A DNA stretch of 64,000 nucleotides from contig FR893309.1 of the NCBI GenBank assembly GCA_000436035.1, positions 16,421-80,420 of the forward strand. The letters are read 5' to 3'. Made by a program: the position numbers and the translations under genes. The DNA is from Prevotella sp. CAG:732 (GTDB lineage: Bacteria; Bacteroidota; Bacteroidia; Bacteroidales; Bacteroidaceae). The notes beneath the pieces were generated by a model. The model saw only the letters and a program-made list of their open reading frames with translations. It had not been told where the DNA came from and did not search any database. Shown here piece by piece: positions 21,636-30,938 of the stretch; position 1 is the stretch's first letter, and the number at the start of each line of letters is the position of its first letter.

Positions 21636-21722
21636 TATCATCCTTAAATGCACGAAAACGATTCCTCTTGGAATAGGCATAAGTCTCCTAGACTACAACT
21701 ATATGCCTCCCTAGGCATTCAT

Positions 21723-21805
21723 AAAAACCTCCCGATGTTTTTGGAAAAACCTCCCGAGGAAATTATAAAAACGTCCCGATGTTTTTTAGAAAGCATCGGG
21801 ACGTT
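21723..21805. repeat. 22-bp periodic repeat ending in a hairpin
   Basis: aaaaac(c/g)tcccga at 21723, 21745 and 21767, then an inverted copy catcgggacgtt. Confidence 0.85.
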
Positions 21806-21817
21806 GTATTCTAATGA

Positions 21818-22141
21818 TTATAATGCAGCGATTCTTCTGACATTAGCCAGGCGCTTCATAAATGATGAGTCTTCTTTTGTTGTTTGTATGTTGTATTTCA
21901 TTTGTAGTTTCAGTAAAGGTTCTGCATTAACGCCAAGCGCAGCTTCGAAAAGCAACGCAGTCTTTTCTGTCACAGGGCGTTTGGCATTGAGAATTTCGTT
22001 AAGCGCAGAATAAGCGATACCCATTTTCTCCGCCAAGTCTCGTTGAGAAATACCACGATACTCAATTTCGTCTTTAAGTATTTCTCCTGGATGTGTAGGA
22101 AAGGCTGGAGTCAAGTTCTCCTTTTTTTTATTGATTTCCAT
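21818..22141 (-). CDS. higA: HigA-family antitoxin / XRE HTH protein
   Basis: THPGEILKDEIEYRGISQRDLA...LNEILNAKRPVT..ALLFEAALG; start set at ATG 22141, downstream of TAACTTTG. Confidence 0.88.
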   Translation of the reverse strand: MEINKKKENLTPAFPTHPGEILKDEIEYRGISQRDLAEKMGIAYSALNEILNAKRPVTEKTALLFEAALGVNAEPLLKLQMKYNIQTTKEDSSFMKRLANVRRIAAL

Positions 22142-22169
22142 ATTTATGAATTTTGAGTGCAAAGTTAGT

Positions 22170-22362
22170 ACTTTGTCTTCCGGAATGTCTGTAATGAATG
22201 ACCAACGCACGCCTCCTTGCTTGCCACAAATATAGTCGCATGGTGTCATACCCTTGCGGATGAGATGCGTCATGATAAGTGGCTCGCATTCTGCATATTC
22301 TTGCCTGCAACTTTCTCTACATAATTGAGGAGTCGCTTAATGTCTTCTTGCTTTTGTTCCAT
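22170..22362 (-). pseudogene. Internally deleted remnant of a probable conserved Bacteroidales hypothetical gene
   Basis: MEQKQEDIKRLLNYVEKVAGKNMQ joined out of frame to AECEPLIMTHLIRKGMTPCDYICGKQGGVRW; family recognised from memory only. Confidence 0.5.
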
Positions 22363-22370
22363 GTGATGTC

Positions 22371-23672
22371 TTATAGAAGTTCAGGGAGTTGAAAGAGCTT
22401 GACGCTGTTGCTTCCCTTGATAAGGATGTAGTGGTTGTGAGGCTGGTTTGCTTGGATGGCTTCCTTTACCTCTTCCACATTCTTGAACTTGCGGTAATCG
22501 CAGTCGATGTTCTCAAACTCATCGCCTACGAGCCATACGTTCTCCAAGCCTGCAGCACGGAGTTGATCTACCACCTTCTGGTGCTCCTCATGACTTACCT
22601 CTCCTAACTCGCCCATCTGTCCGAGAATCGCCATCTTATTAGGTACGTCCATCAAGCGGAAGTTCTCGATGGCAGCAGCCATGCTGGATGGATTGGCATT
22701 GTAGGCATCCACTACCAACTTGTTGTGTGCGGTCTCTTCAAGCTGTGAACGGTTGTTGCTAGGGATATAGCTTTCCAAGGCATGGTCTATCTGCTGCGGC
22801 TTTACATCGAAGTGCAAGCCGATGGTGATGGCTGCGAGCATATTGTCGATATTGTAAGAGCCGATGAGATGGGTCTGAACCTCATGCCAGTCGAAACTCT
22901 CGGTGCGCCAGCGGAACTTGAGAAATGGTGCGCAAGAGATGACCTCGCCCCACACATCGCACTCGCCATCCTTGCCGTAGGTGATGAGACGATTGATGTT
23001 GCGCTCCTCTGCCATCTGCATCAAGTGCTCGTTGTCGGCATTGATGAAGACAAGGGCATCGTGGGCTGCGAGGAAGTCGTAAAGCTCGCCTTTGGTCTTC
23101 TTCACTCCCTCGAAACTGCCGAAGCCCTGCAAGTGAGCACGACCTACGTTGGTAATCATACCACAAGTTGGCTCCACGTACTTCACGAGTTTCTCTATGT
23201 CGCCAGGATGGGAGGCTCCCATTTCCACGATGGCAATCTCATGCTCGGCGTTCAGACGGAAGAGGGTCTTTGGCACACCCACATCATTATTGAAGTTGCC
23301 CTGGGTGAACATCACGTTGTATTTTTCGCTTAATACGGCAGAAACCAATTCCTTGGTTGTCGTCTTGCCGTTGGTGCCAGTGATGCCCACCACTGGTATG
23401 TTGAAGTGGCGGCGATGCTCACGAGCCAGTTCCTTGAAGGTGGTGAGGCAATCTTCCACGAGGATATATCGCTCGTCGCCTTCCTTGGCATATTCCTTTT
23501 CGTCGATGATGACATAGGCACAACCTTTCTCCAGTGCCATGTCGGCAAACTTGTTGCCATCAAATGAGGCACCTTTCAAAGCCAGGAAGATGCTGCCCTC
23601 AGGGCAGTCTCGGCTATCAGTGGTAATCACTGGGTGCTCTTGGTAAATCTGATAGAGTTCTGAAATTTCCAT
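22371..23672 (-). CDS. murF: UDP-MurNAc-tripeptide:D-Ala-D-Ala ligase
   Basis: TDSR, GITGTNGKTTTKE, GNFNNDVGVP, DAYNANPSS, KGS. Confidence 0.96.
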   Translation of the reverse strand: MEISELYQIYQEHPVITTDSRDCPEGSIFLALKGASFDGNKFADMALEKGCAYVIIDEKEYAKEGDERYILVEDCLTTFKELAREHRRHFNIPVVGITGTNGKTTTKELVSAVLSEKYNVMFTQGNFNNDVGVPKTLFRLNAEHEIAIVEMGASHPGDIEKLVKYVEPTCGMITNVGRAHLQGFGSFEGVKKTKGELYDFLAAHDALVFINADNEHLMQMAEERNINRLITYGKDGECDVWGEVISCAPFLKFRWRTESFDWHEVQTHLIGSYNIDNMLAAITIGLHFDVKPQQIDHALESYIPSNNRSQLEETAHNKLVVDAYNANPSSMAAAIENFRLMDVPNKMAILGQMGELGEVSHEEHQKVVDQLRAAGLENVWLVGDEFENIDCDYRKFKNVEEVKEAIQANQPHNHYILIKGSNSVKLFQLPELL

Positions 23673-23814
23673 AGTCTATTACTATTATTTGTGTGCAAAA
23701 GTAAGCTAAATCGGGGAAATATCAAACTATTTTCTCAAAAAAAAGATGTTTTCTCGAATATTCTTTCTATTTTTGCAGAAATATTCAACGAATCTTTTGG
23801 AAAGTGAGGCTTGA

Positions 23815-24036
23815 ATGGGCATCAGAGATGAAAAAGAAAAAGTAAAAACGAGGAAAGAAAAGCTGGCAGGCTATTTCTTTGATATCTCCAAACTTTGTTT
23901 TGGAGCAATGGCATTAGGTGGCCTAACGTCAATTATTACAGGTGAGACAAATTTCAAGAATGTTTTGTTTCTCTTGTTAGGGATAGTTATGACTTTTGCA
24001 TTTGCGATGGTTGGTAATCGAATTTTAAAATATTGA
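23815..24036 (+). CDS. Small two-TM membrane protein (DUF6722-like)
   Basis: KEKLAGYFFDISKLCF followed by two hydrophobic helices; upstream TATTTTTG promoter match. Confidence 0.7.
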   Translation: MGIRDEKEKVKTRKEKLAGYFFDISKLCFGAMALGGLTSIITGETNFKNVLFLLLGIVMTFAFAMVGNRILKY

Positions 24037-24039
24037 TAT

Positions 24040-24144
24040 ATGGATACAATGATATTATTATTTGGGCTAGGCTCTTTGATAGGTGGAGGTCTTTTGATTT
24101 GGACTTATACTGAATCAGGGAAAAAATGGCTAAAAAGTTTATAA
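24040..24144 (+). CDS. 34-aa single-TM peptide, paralog 1
   Basis: MDTMILLFGLGSLIGGGLLIWTYTESGKKWLKSL; 3-bp gap to the upstream gene; below the ORF-track cutoff. Confidence 0.75.
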   Translation: MDTMILLFGLGSLIGGGLLIWTYTESGKKWLKSL

Positions 24145-24145
24145 T

Positions 24146-24250
24146 ATGAGTTATTTGGCATTATTTTTTATGACTGGAAGTATTATAATCGGTGCTTTTA
24201 TAGCTTGGACTTACACGAAACCAGGTGAAAAGTGGCTGAAGGAGTTGTAA
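24146..24250 (+). CDS. 34-aa single-TM peptide, paralog 2
   Basis: MSYLALFFMTGSIIIGAFIAWTYTKPGEKWLKEL; same length as paralog 1 with the same WTYTxxGxKWLKxL motif. Confidence 0.75.
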   Translation: MSYLALFFMTGSIIIGAFIAWTYTKPGEKWLKEL

Positions 24251-24254
24251 AAGA

Positions 24255-25091
24255 ATGGAATATACAATCAATATCAAGGGGCACTTGATGGATTTGAGTA
24301 CCCCTCAGGTAATGGGCATCCTGAACGTAACGCCCGATAGCTTCTACTCTGGCAGTAGGAAACAGACTGAAAAAGAGATTGCCGATAGGGCTAACCAAAT
24401 CATAGAGGAAGGTGGAAGTATCATTGATGTGGGTGCATTCTCCACTCGTCCGGGTGCTGATGAGGTTTCTGAGGAAGAGGAGGGCAGACGATTGAAGTTC
24501 GCTCTCGACATCGTGCGTCGGGAGCAATCGAATGTTGCTATATCCGTAGATACTTATCGTCCTACATTGGCACGGAAGTGCATCGAGGAATGGGGAGCCG
24601 ACATCATCAATGATGTATCGGAAGGCGGCATCACGGGTATTGCCAATGTACCTTTGGAACAGCGAGAAGAGGAATATCCAGAGATGTTCAGATTGGTAGG
24701 CGAACTGAAAGTACCTTATATATTAATGTCGGTGCAACCTACACTCGCCACGATGATGAAGGGCTTTGCCAAGGAGGTACAGCAGTTGCGTGACCTCGGA
24801 GCCAACGACATCATCCTCGACCCAGGCTTTGGTTTTGGTAAGAATCTCATCCAAAACTATGAGATTTACAATGAGATGGAGAAACTCAGCGTCATGGAAC
24901 TGCCTGTGTTGGTGGGCATTTCTCGCAAGAGTATGATATACAGGTTGCTCGGTGGAGACGCCACCACATCGCTCAATGGTACGACTGTGCTTGACACCAT
25001 CGCCTTGATGAAGGGTGCCAGCATCCTCAGAGTACATGACGTGAAGGAAGCTGCTGAGGCAATAAAAATTGTAGAAACAATGACAAAATGA
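24255..25091 (+). CDS. folP: Dihydropteroate synthase
   Basis: MGILNVTPDSF, STRPGA, ILDPGFGFGK, GISRKS, LRVHDV. Confidence 0.97.
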   Translation: MEYTINIKGHLMDLSTPQVMGILNVTPDSFYSGSRKQTEKEIADRANQIIEEGGSIIDVGAFSTRPGADEVSEEEEGRRLKFALDIVRREQSNVAISVDTYRPTLARKCIEEWGADIINDVSEGGITGIANVPLEQREEEYPEMFRLVGELKVPYILMSVQPTLATMMKGFAKEVQQLRDLGANDIILDPGFGFGKNLIQNYEIYNEMEKLSVMELPVLVGISRKSMIYRLLGGDATTSLNGTTVLDTIALMKGASILRVHDVKEAAEAIKIVETMTK

Positions 25092-25858
25092 TTGAATTTG
25101 GAATCAAAGACATCATCGACATCTTCTTGGTCGCTTCGATGCTCTTCTATATCTACCGACTGATGAAGGAGTCACGCTCCCTCAACATCTTCGTTGGTAT
25201 CATGGTCTTCGTGTTGATCTGGCTCTTTGTGAGTCAGGTGTTGGAGATGCGCTTGTTGGGTTCGATACTCGACAAGTTGGTGAGCGTGGGTGTCATAGCC
25301 CTCATCGTCATCTTTCAGGAAGACATCCGCCGTTTCCTTTACGAGATAGGTTCGCAGAAGGGAATGAGAAGGCTCGTGAGGTTCTTCCACTCCAACAAGG
25401 AGAGCCAACGGGAGGCTGACAAGGAGACGATTATGCCTATCGTGATGGCATGTATGAGCATGGCGAAGAAGTATGTTGGTGCGCTGATTGTCATCGAACG
25501 AGGCGTGCCACTGAAAGACATCATGGACACGGGTGAGGAAATAGATGCCAAGATCAACCAACGATTGATAGAGAACATCTTCTTCAAGAACTCACCTTTG
25601 CATGATGGAGCGATGGTGGTCTCCAACAAGCGTATCATGGCGGCAGGATGTATCCTTCCCGTGAGCCATAATTTGGATATTCCGAAGGAACTCGGTCTTC
25701 GACATCGTGCCGCTCTAGGTATCTCGCAGAGCAGTGATGCCATTGCGGTCATCGTTTCGGAGGAGACCGGACGAATCAGTGTCGCCATCAAGGGAGAGTT
25801 CCGCTTGAGATTGTCGGCAGAGGAACTAGAGAGTATCTTGACACAGGAAATGATATAA
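25088..25858 (+). CDS. cdaA: Diadenylate cyclase
   Basis: Three N-terminal TM helices, PLHDGA, GLRHRAA, VSEETG. Confidence 0.93.
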   Translation: MIEFGIKDIIDIFLVASMLFYIYRLMKESRSLNIFVGIMVFVLIWLFVSQVLEMRLLGSILDKLVSVGVIALIVIFQEDIRRFLYEIGSQKGMRRLVRFFHSNKESQREADKETIMPIVMACMSMAKKYVGALIVIERGVPLKDIMDTGEEIDAKINQRLIENIFFKNSPLHDGAMVVSNKRIMAAGCILPVSHNLDIPKELGLRHRAALGISQSSDAIAVIVSEETGRISVAIKGEFRLRLSAEELESILTQEMI

Positions 25859-25920
25859 GTGAAGAGTGAAGAACGAAGAATCTTTTTTGAAGAATTCAAA
25901 TGCTTTCGTTCTTTGCTCTT
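25859..25920 (+). repeat. Heptamer repeat x3 with a downstream inverted degenerate copy
   Basis: gtgaaga gtgaaga acgaaga after the cdaA TAA; ttcgttctttgctctt downstream is near-complementary. Confidence 0.75.
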
Positions 25921-26159
25921 TTTTCGTTTTGCAAAGGTAGATGCAGCTTACGTAAACCTTTACAAAATGGAAGTATGAGGTAATCTTATTTGTTTTAGCT
26001 TTTTTTACACAATGAAGTAGGGCGTATTTGAAACTTTTTGCGTACTTTTGCAAAGTCGATATTGCAAATGATGAGGCTTTCTGTACGACACGGTAGCCTC
26101 GGGATAGACAAATCTACTTATAACAACAATAAGAATTATTATAAAATATAAAAGTAACA

Positions 26160-27209
26160 ATGGATTTATTACAGCAAATCGTAGCTCGCGCTAAAGCTGA
26201 CAAGCAGCGCATCGTGCTCCCTGAAGCAGAAGAGGAGCGTACTTTGAAAGCAGCCGATAAAGTCTTGGCTGATGATCTCGCAGACATCATCCTCATCGGT
26301 AACCCTGCCAACATTAAGAATCTCGCTGCTCAGTGGGGTCTTAACAACATTGACAAGGCTACTATCGTTGATCCACAAAACAACCCTAAGACTGAGGAGT
26401 ATGCTGAGAAACTCGCTGAACTGCGTAAGAAGAAGGGCATGACAGTAGAGCAGGCTCGTGAACTCGTAACTAAAAACAACCTCTACCTCGGTTGCATGAT
26501 TATCAAGACTGAGGGTGCTGATGGTCAGATCTCTGGTGCATTGAGCACTACTGGAGATACACTCCGCCCTGCTCTCCAGATTATCAAGTGTGCTCCTGGC
26601 GTTAGCTGCGTAAGTGGCGCTATGCTGTTGATTTCTAATCAGAAGCAGTATGGTAACGATGGTGTTGTCGTCATGGGTGACGTTGCTGTAACTCCTAACC
26701 CAACAGCCGACCAACTCGCTCAGATTGCTTATACCACTGCTCATACAGCCAAGGCTGTAGCAGGTATCGAGAACCCAACTATAGCTATGTTGAGCTTCTC
26801 TACTAAGGGTAGTGCCAAGGATGCCATCGACAAGGCTACTGGCAAGAGCGTATATATCATCGACAAGGTAACAGACGCAGTGAAGATTGCAAAGGAGAAG
26901 TTCCCGGAGCTTCATCTCGACGGTGAGCTTCAGGCTGATGCAGCCCTCGTTCCTGAGGTAGCAGCTAAAAAGGCTCCGGATTCTGACGTAGCAGGTAAGG
27001 CAAACGTATTGGTAGTACCTAACCTTGAGGTGGGTAACATCGGCTACAAGCTCGTTCAGCGTTTGGGTGATGCTATCGCCATCGGTCCTATCCTCCAGGG
27101 TATAGCTCGTCCAGTAAACGACCTCTCTCGTGGTTGCTCTGTTGACGATATCTATTACATGGTAGCTATCACAGCTTGTCAGGCACAGGATGCTAAGAAG
27201 GGAGAGTAA
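26160..27209 (+). CDS. pta: Phosphate acetyltransferase
   Basis: RIVLPE, AMLSFSTKGSA, DGELQADAA, GNIGYK, PVNDLSRG. Confidence 0.97.
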   Translation: MDLLQQIVARAKADKQRIVLPEAEEERTLKAADKVLADDLADIILIGNPANIKNLAAQWGLNNIDKATIVDPQNNPKTEEYAEKLAELRKKKGMTVEQARELVTKNNLYLGCMIIKTEGADGQISGALSTTGDTLRPALQIIKCAPGVSCVSGAMLLISNQKQYGNDGVVVMGDVAVTPNPTADQLAQIAYTTAHTAKAVAGIENPTIAMLSFSTKGSAKDAIDKATGKSVYIIDKVTDAVKIAKEKFPELHLDGELQADAALVPEVAAKKAPDSDVAGKANVLVVPNLEVGNIGYKLVQRLGDAIAIGPILQGIARPVNDLSRGCSVDDIYYMVAITACQAQDAKKGE

Positions 27210-27244
27210 AATTATTAATTATTAATTCTTAATTATAAATTGAT
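27210..27244 (+). repeat. AT-rich heptamer repeat x5 filling the pta-ackA spacer
   Basis: aattatt aattatt aattctt aattata aattgat. Confidence 0.7.
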
Positions 27245-28447
27245 ATGAAAGTATTGGTACTGAACTGTGGTAGTTCTTCTATCAAGTACAAATTATATAA
27301 CATGGATGATGAGTCAGTATTGGCTCAGGGTGGTGTAGAGCGTATCGGTCTTGATAACGCATTCATCAAGGTGAAATTGCCTAATGGCGAGAAGAAGCAG
27401 ATCATGCACGACATGCCTGACCACAAGGAAGGTGTGAACTTCGTATTCAAGTGCTTGCTCGACCCAGAAATTGGCGCTATCAAGGACTTGAAGGAAATCG
27501 ATGCCGTAGGTCACCGTGTAGTGCAGGGTGGTGATAAGTTCAAGGAGAGTGTCATCGTTGACAAGAGTGTAGAGGATGGTATCGAGGAACTTTGCGACCT
27601 CGCTCCTGTTCACAATGCTGGTCACTTGAAGGGTATTCGTGCCGTTGACTCTTTGATGCCAGGCACTCCTCAGGTTTGTGTATTCGACAACGCTTTCCAC
27701 AGCACAATGCCTGATTACGCTTATCTCTATGCGATCCCTTACGAGTTGTACGAGAAGTATCACGTACGTCGTTATGGTTTCCACGGAACATCTCACCGCT
27801 ACGTTTCAAAGCGTGTTTGTGAGATTCTCGGCCTCGACTACAACAATTCTAAGATCATCACTTGCCACATTGGCAACGGTGGTTCTGTAGCTGCTGTATT
27901 GAATGGCAAGGTTCTCGATACCTCTATGGGCTTGACTCCATTGGCAGGTTTGATGATGGGTTCTCGTTGCGGTGACATCGATGCTTCTGCCGTTACTTAC
28001 TTGATGGAGAAGTTGAACATGAAGCCACAGGAGATGGCTGACTACTTGAACAAGAAGAGCGGTGTACTCGGTATCACTGGTATCTCTTCTGATATGCGTG
28101 ACATCGAGAAGGCTGCCAACGAGGGTAACGAGAAGGCACTCTTGGCGCTCCGCATGTATGAATATCGCATCAAGAAGTACATCGGTGCTTACACAGCTGC
28201 TATGGGTGGCGTTGACGCTATCGTCTTCACAGCAGGTGTTGGTGAGAACCAGACCGACCTTCGTGAGGAAGCTTGCAAGAACCTTGAGTATCTTGGCATC
28301 AAGATCAATAAGGAGGTCAACGACAAGATTCACGGTGAGGAAGCTATCATCTCTACCGACGACAGCAAGGTTAAGGTAGTGGTAGTTCCTACCGACGAGG
28401 AGATTGTGATCGCTCGCGATACAATGGACTTGGTTGCTAAGAAGTAA
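27245..28447 (+). CDS. ackA: Acetate kinase
   Basis: VLNCGSSSIK, GHRVVQGG, RRYGFHGTSH, FTAGVGEN, PTDEE. Confidence 0.98.
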   Translation: MKVLVLNCGSSSIKYKLYNMDDESVLAQGGVERIGLDNAFIKVKLPNGEKKQIMHDMPDHKEGVNFVFKCLLDPEIGAIKDLKEIDAVGHRVVQGGDKFKESVIVDKSVEDGIEELCDLAPVHNAGHLKGIRAVDSLMPGTPQVCVFDNAFHSTMPDYAYLYAIPYELYEKYHVRRYGFHGTSHRYVSKRVCEILGLDYNNSKIITCHIGNGGSVAAVLNGKVLDTSMGLTPLAGLMMGSRCGDIDASAVTYLMEKLNMKPQEMADYLNKKSGVLGITGISSDMRDIEKAANEGNEKALLALRMYEYRIKKYIGAYTAAMGGVDAIVFTAGVGENQTDLREEACKNLEYLGIKINKEVNDKIHGEEAIISTDDSKVKVVVVPTDEEIVIARDTMDLVAKK

Positions 28448-28464
28448 TTCTACTTAAAATAAAT

Positions 28465-28502
28465 ATAAGGTGAAGACCCCATCGAAAAGGTCTTCACCTT
28501 AT
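28465..28502 (+). terminator. pta-ackA terminator
   Basis: 14-bp stem ataaggtgaagacc / ggtcttcaccttat with T-rich tail. Confidence 0.8.
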
Positions 28503-28529
28503 TTCTTTCTTATCATTATTGCAAGGATT

Positions 28530-29576
28530 ATGAACACAAAGATTGTAACTTTCGGAGAAATATTGCTTAGAATCTCTAAGCCTGGTTATCAACGTTTATT
28601 CCAGGGTCATCGCATGAATGGCAATTATGGAGGTAGTGAGGCGAATGCCGCTATCTCCTTGGCTTACTTAGGCGATAAAGTGGAGTATGTGACCCGAGTG
28701 CCATACGGTGAGATGGGTGAGGCTGCCTTGATGCATCTGCGAGAGTTCGGTCTGGATGTGAAACATGTGGTGCGTGGCGGCGAACGACTCGGCACTTATT
28801 ATTTCGAGGAGGCTGTGGCGATGCGCAACTCCCGTGTGGTCTATGACCGCAAGAATTCCTCTTTCTATACATTGAAGCGAGGAATGGTGAAGTGGGATAA
28901 GGTGTTGGAAGATGCTGCCGTGTTCCATTGCTCTGGCATTACTTGTGCAATCAGCCGTGATGCCATGGAGTCAACGATGGATGCCATCAAGATAGCAGTG
29001 GACAAGGGCTTGAACATTGCCTGCGACATCAACTATCGCAAGAATCTTTGGGGCTATGGCTTGGAACCTCATGATGTGCTCTTCCAAATGATGCAATACA
29101 GCGACATTATCTTTGGTGACCAAAACGAATGGGAAGTGGCGAGTGGTGTGCCTCACATTCCTTTCGAGGCTTTGGATGCCAACTATGAGATAGATGCCGA
29201 GGCTTACTTGACTTACTTCCGCAAGATGCACAAACTCTTCCCTAAGTGCAAGAAGATGGTGATGGCAGTGCGCAATCAGATAGCTAGCAGTCATCATACC
29301 CTCAGCGGCCTGCTCTATGATACCGTGGAGGATAAGCTATATACCACTAGAATATATGACATACAGCCTATCATCGATCCAATGGGCGTAGGTGATGCTT
29401 TTGTTGCCGCCTATATCCATGCTCATCAGAAGTGGGGCGATGAAAATCAGTATTGCCTCGACTTTGCGCTTTCGGCAAGTGCCATCAAGAACACTGTGCC
29501 TGGCGACCAAAACTTGGTGTTGGAGGAGGAAATCATCAATAACATGACATCTTCGGGTGGAAGAATACAGCGATAA
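28530..29576 (+). CDS. PfkB sugar kinase, 2-keto-3-deoxygluconate kinase-like
   Basis: VTFGEILLR, YGGSEAN, DINYRKNLW, DPMGVGDAF; start set at MNTKIV. Confidence 0.85.
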   Translation: MNTKIVTFGEILLRISKPGYQRLFQGHRMNGNYGGSEANAAISLAYLGDKVEYVTRVPYGEMGEAALMHLREFGLDVKHVVRGGERLGTYYFEEAVAMRNSRVVYDRKNSSFYTLKRGMVKWDKVLEDAAVFHCSGITCAISRDAMESTMDAIKIAVDKGLNIACDINYRKNLWGYGLEPHDVLFQMMQYSDIIFGDQNEWEVASGVPHIPFEALDANYEIDAEAYLTYFRKMHKLFPKCKKMVMAVRNQIASSHHTLSGLLYDTVEDKLYTTRIYDIQPIIDPMGVGDAFVAAYIHAHQKWGDENQYCLDFALSASAIKNTVPGDQNLVLEEEIINNMTSSGGRIQR

Positions 29577-29615
29577 TAATGATAAAGGGCAGCAATAGCT
29601 GCCCTTTATCATTAT
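29576..29615. terminator. Bidirectional hairpin between convergent genes
   Basis: ataatgataaagggcagc-aata-gctgccctttatcattat. Confidence 0.8.
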
Positions 29616-30379
29616 GGTTGACTTTCGCCTTCCACGTATTCTTCCATAAACATGTGCTCGCCATCGAATACGGCGTAGGTGAACTGCCATATCCAGTCAC
29701 CGAGAATCATGAGACGAGTCTTCTTGCTCAACATGAGGTCTAACTCGATGTGGCGATGACCAAACATGAAGTAGTCGATGTCTTTGTGACCTTGCATGTA
29801 TTGCTTGGCAAAGCGAACCAAGAACTCATTTTTCTCACCCATGTATGGTGGCTCCTTGCCATCGGCACGCTTCATACGACTATGCTTTGCCCAATTCAAA
29901 CCTAAAGCCATGCCCCAACGAGGATGGATGAAATTGAGTAGGCGTTGGCAAGTGCGGTCGTGGAACATAGCCTTCAAAAACTTGAACTTCTTGTCGGGGT
30001 CGCCCAATCCATCACCATGCGCAAGATAGAATACCTTGTTATAGATTTCTGTCGTTATCGGCTTGTGATGCACGATGACGCCACACTCTTCCTCTAAATA
30101 TCCGTATGTCCAAAGGTCGTGGTTGCCCGTAAAGAAATGAACTTCCACGCCCATATCGGTCAACTCCGAAAGCTTACCGAGGAAGCGAGTGTAACCTTTA
30201 GGAACGACATACTTGTATTCGTTCCAAAAGTCGAACATGTCTCCCAAGAGATAAACTGCTGCTGCTTTTTCCTTGATGCTGTCAAGGAATCGTACCAGTC
30301 GGCGCTCTTGCATCCTCGCATGGGGAATGGCGAGCGAACCCAAGTGGGCATCAGAGAGGAAATATACATTCTTTCTCAT
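29612..30379 (-). CDS. lpxH: UDP-2,3-diacylglucosamine hydrolase
   Basis: SDAHLG, LGDMFD, GNHD, HGDG, GHRH, LGDW. Confidence 0.85.
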   Translation of the reverse strand: MRKNVYFLSDAHLGSLAIPHARMQERRLVRFLDSIKEKAAAVYLLGDMFDFWNEYKYVVPKGYTRFLGKLSELTDMGVEVHFFTGNHDLWTYGYLEEECGVIVHHKPITTEIYNKVFYLAHGDGLGDPDKKFKFLKAMFHDRTCQRLLNFIHPRWGMALGLNWAKHSRMKRADGKEPPYMGEKNEFLVRFAKQYMQGHKDIDYFMFGHRHIELDLMLSKKTRLMILGDWIWQFTYAVFDGEHMFMEEYVEGESQP

Positions 30380-30471
30380 AGGCTATCGTTTTAATGTTGT
30401 TTAGAAGAGGCTTTTGTCCCCGTTCGAATGTTCGGCTTTCTGAGCTTGGTACGAGGATGATTGTTTGAGGA

Positions 30472-30792
30472 TTATTCAAATCCCAACTCTACGCGAGCTT
30501 CCTCGCTCATCATGCTCTGGTCCCAGGCTGGTTCGAAGACGAGGTTGACATTGGCAGACTTCACGCCTTCCACGCTATCCACCTTGGTGCGAACATCTTC
30601 GAGGATGAAGTCGGCGGCAGGGCAGGATGGAGCCGTGAAGGTCATGTCGAGATCTACGTTGCCATCTTCCTTCACGTCAATCTTGTATATCATTCCAAGG
30701 TCCCAAATGTTGACCGGAATCTCTGGGTCATAGACGGTCTTGAGTACATCTACGATTCTTTCTTCTATCTGAGTCTTTTCTTCTTGTGTCAT
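30472..30792 (-). CDS. DUF59/SufT-like Fe-S assembly protein
   Basis: VYDPEIPVNIWDLG, TFTAPSCP, FEPAW. Confidence 0.9.
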   Translation of the reverse strand: MTQEEKTQIEERIVDVLKTVYDPEIPVNIWDLGMIYKIDVKEDGNVDLDMTFTAPSCPAADFILEDVRTKVDSVEGVKSANVNLVFEPAWDQSMMSEEARVELGFE

Positions 30793-30938
30793 AAGTTCTT
30801 TCGTTTAGTGCAGGATAACAAAATGCTACCTTTGCAGTGATACTTTCTGCAAAGGTAGCATAATTTATAGAAAATACAAAATATTTCGGGATGATTTTTG
30901 TCTTGTATATCGGATAATACCGATGAATGAATGGAAAA

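Noticed and set aside
22142..22273. N-terminal extension of HigA in the ORF track
   Set aside because: A promoter match lies inside it and the sequence belongs to an upstream gene remnant.
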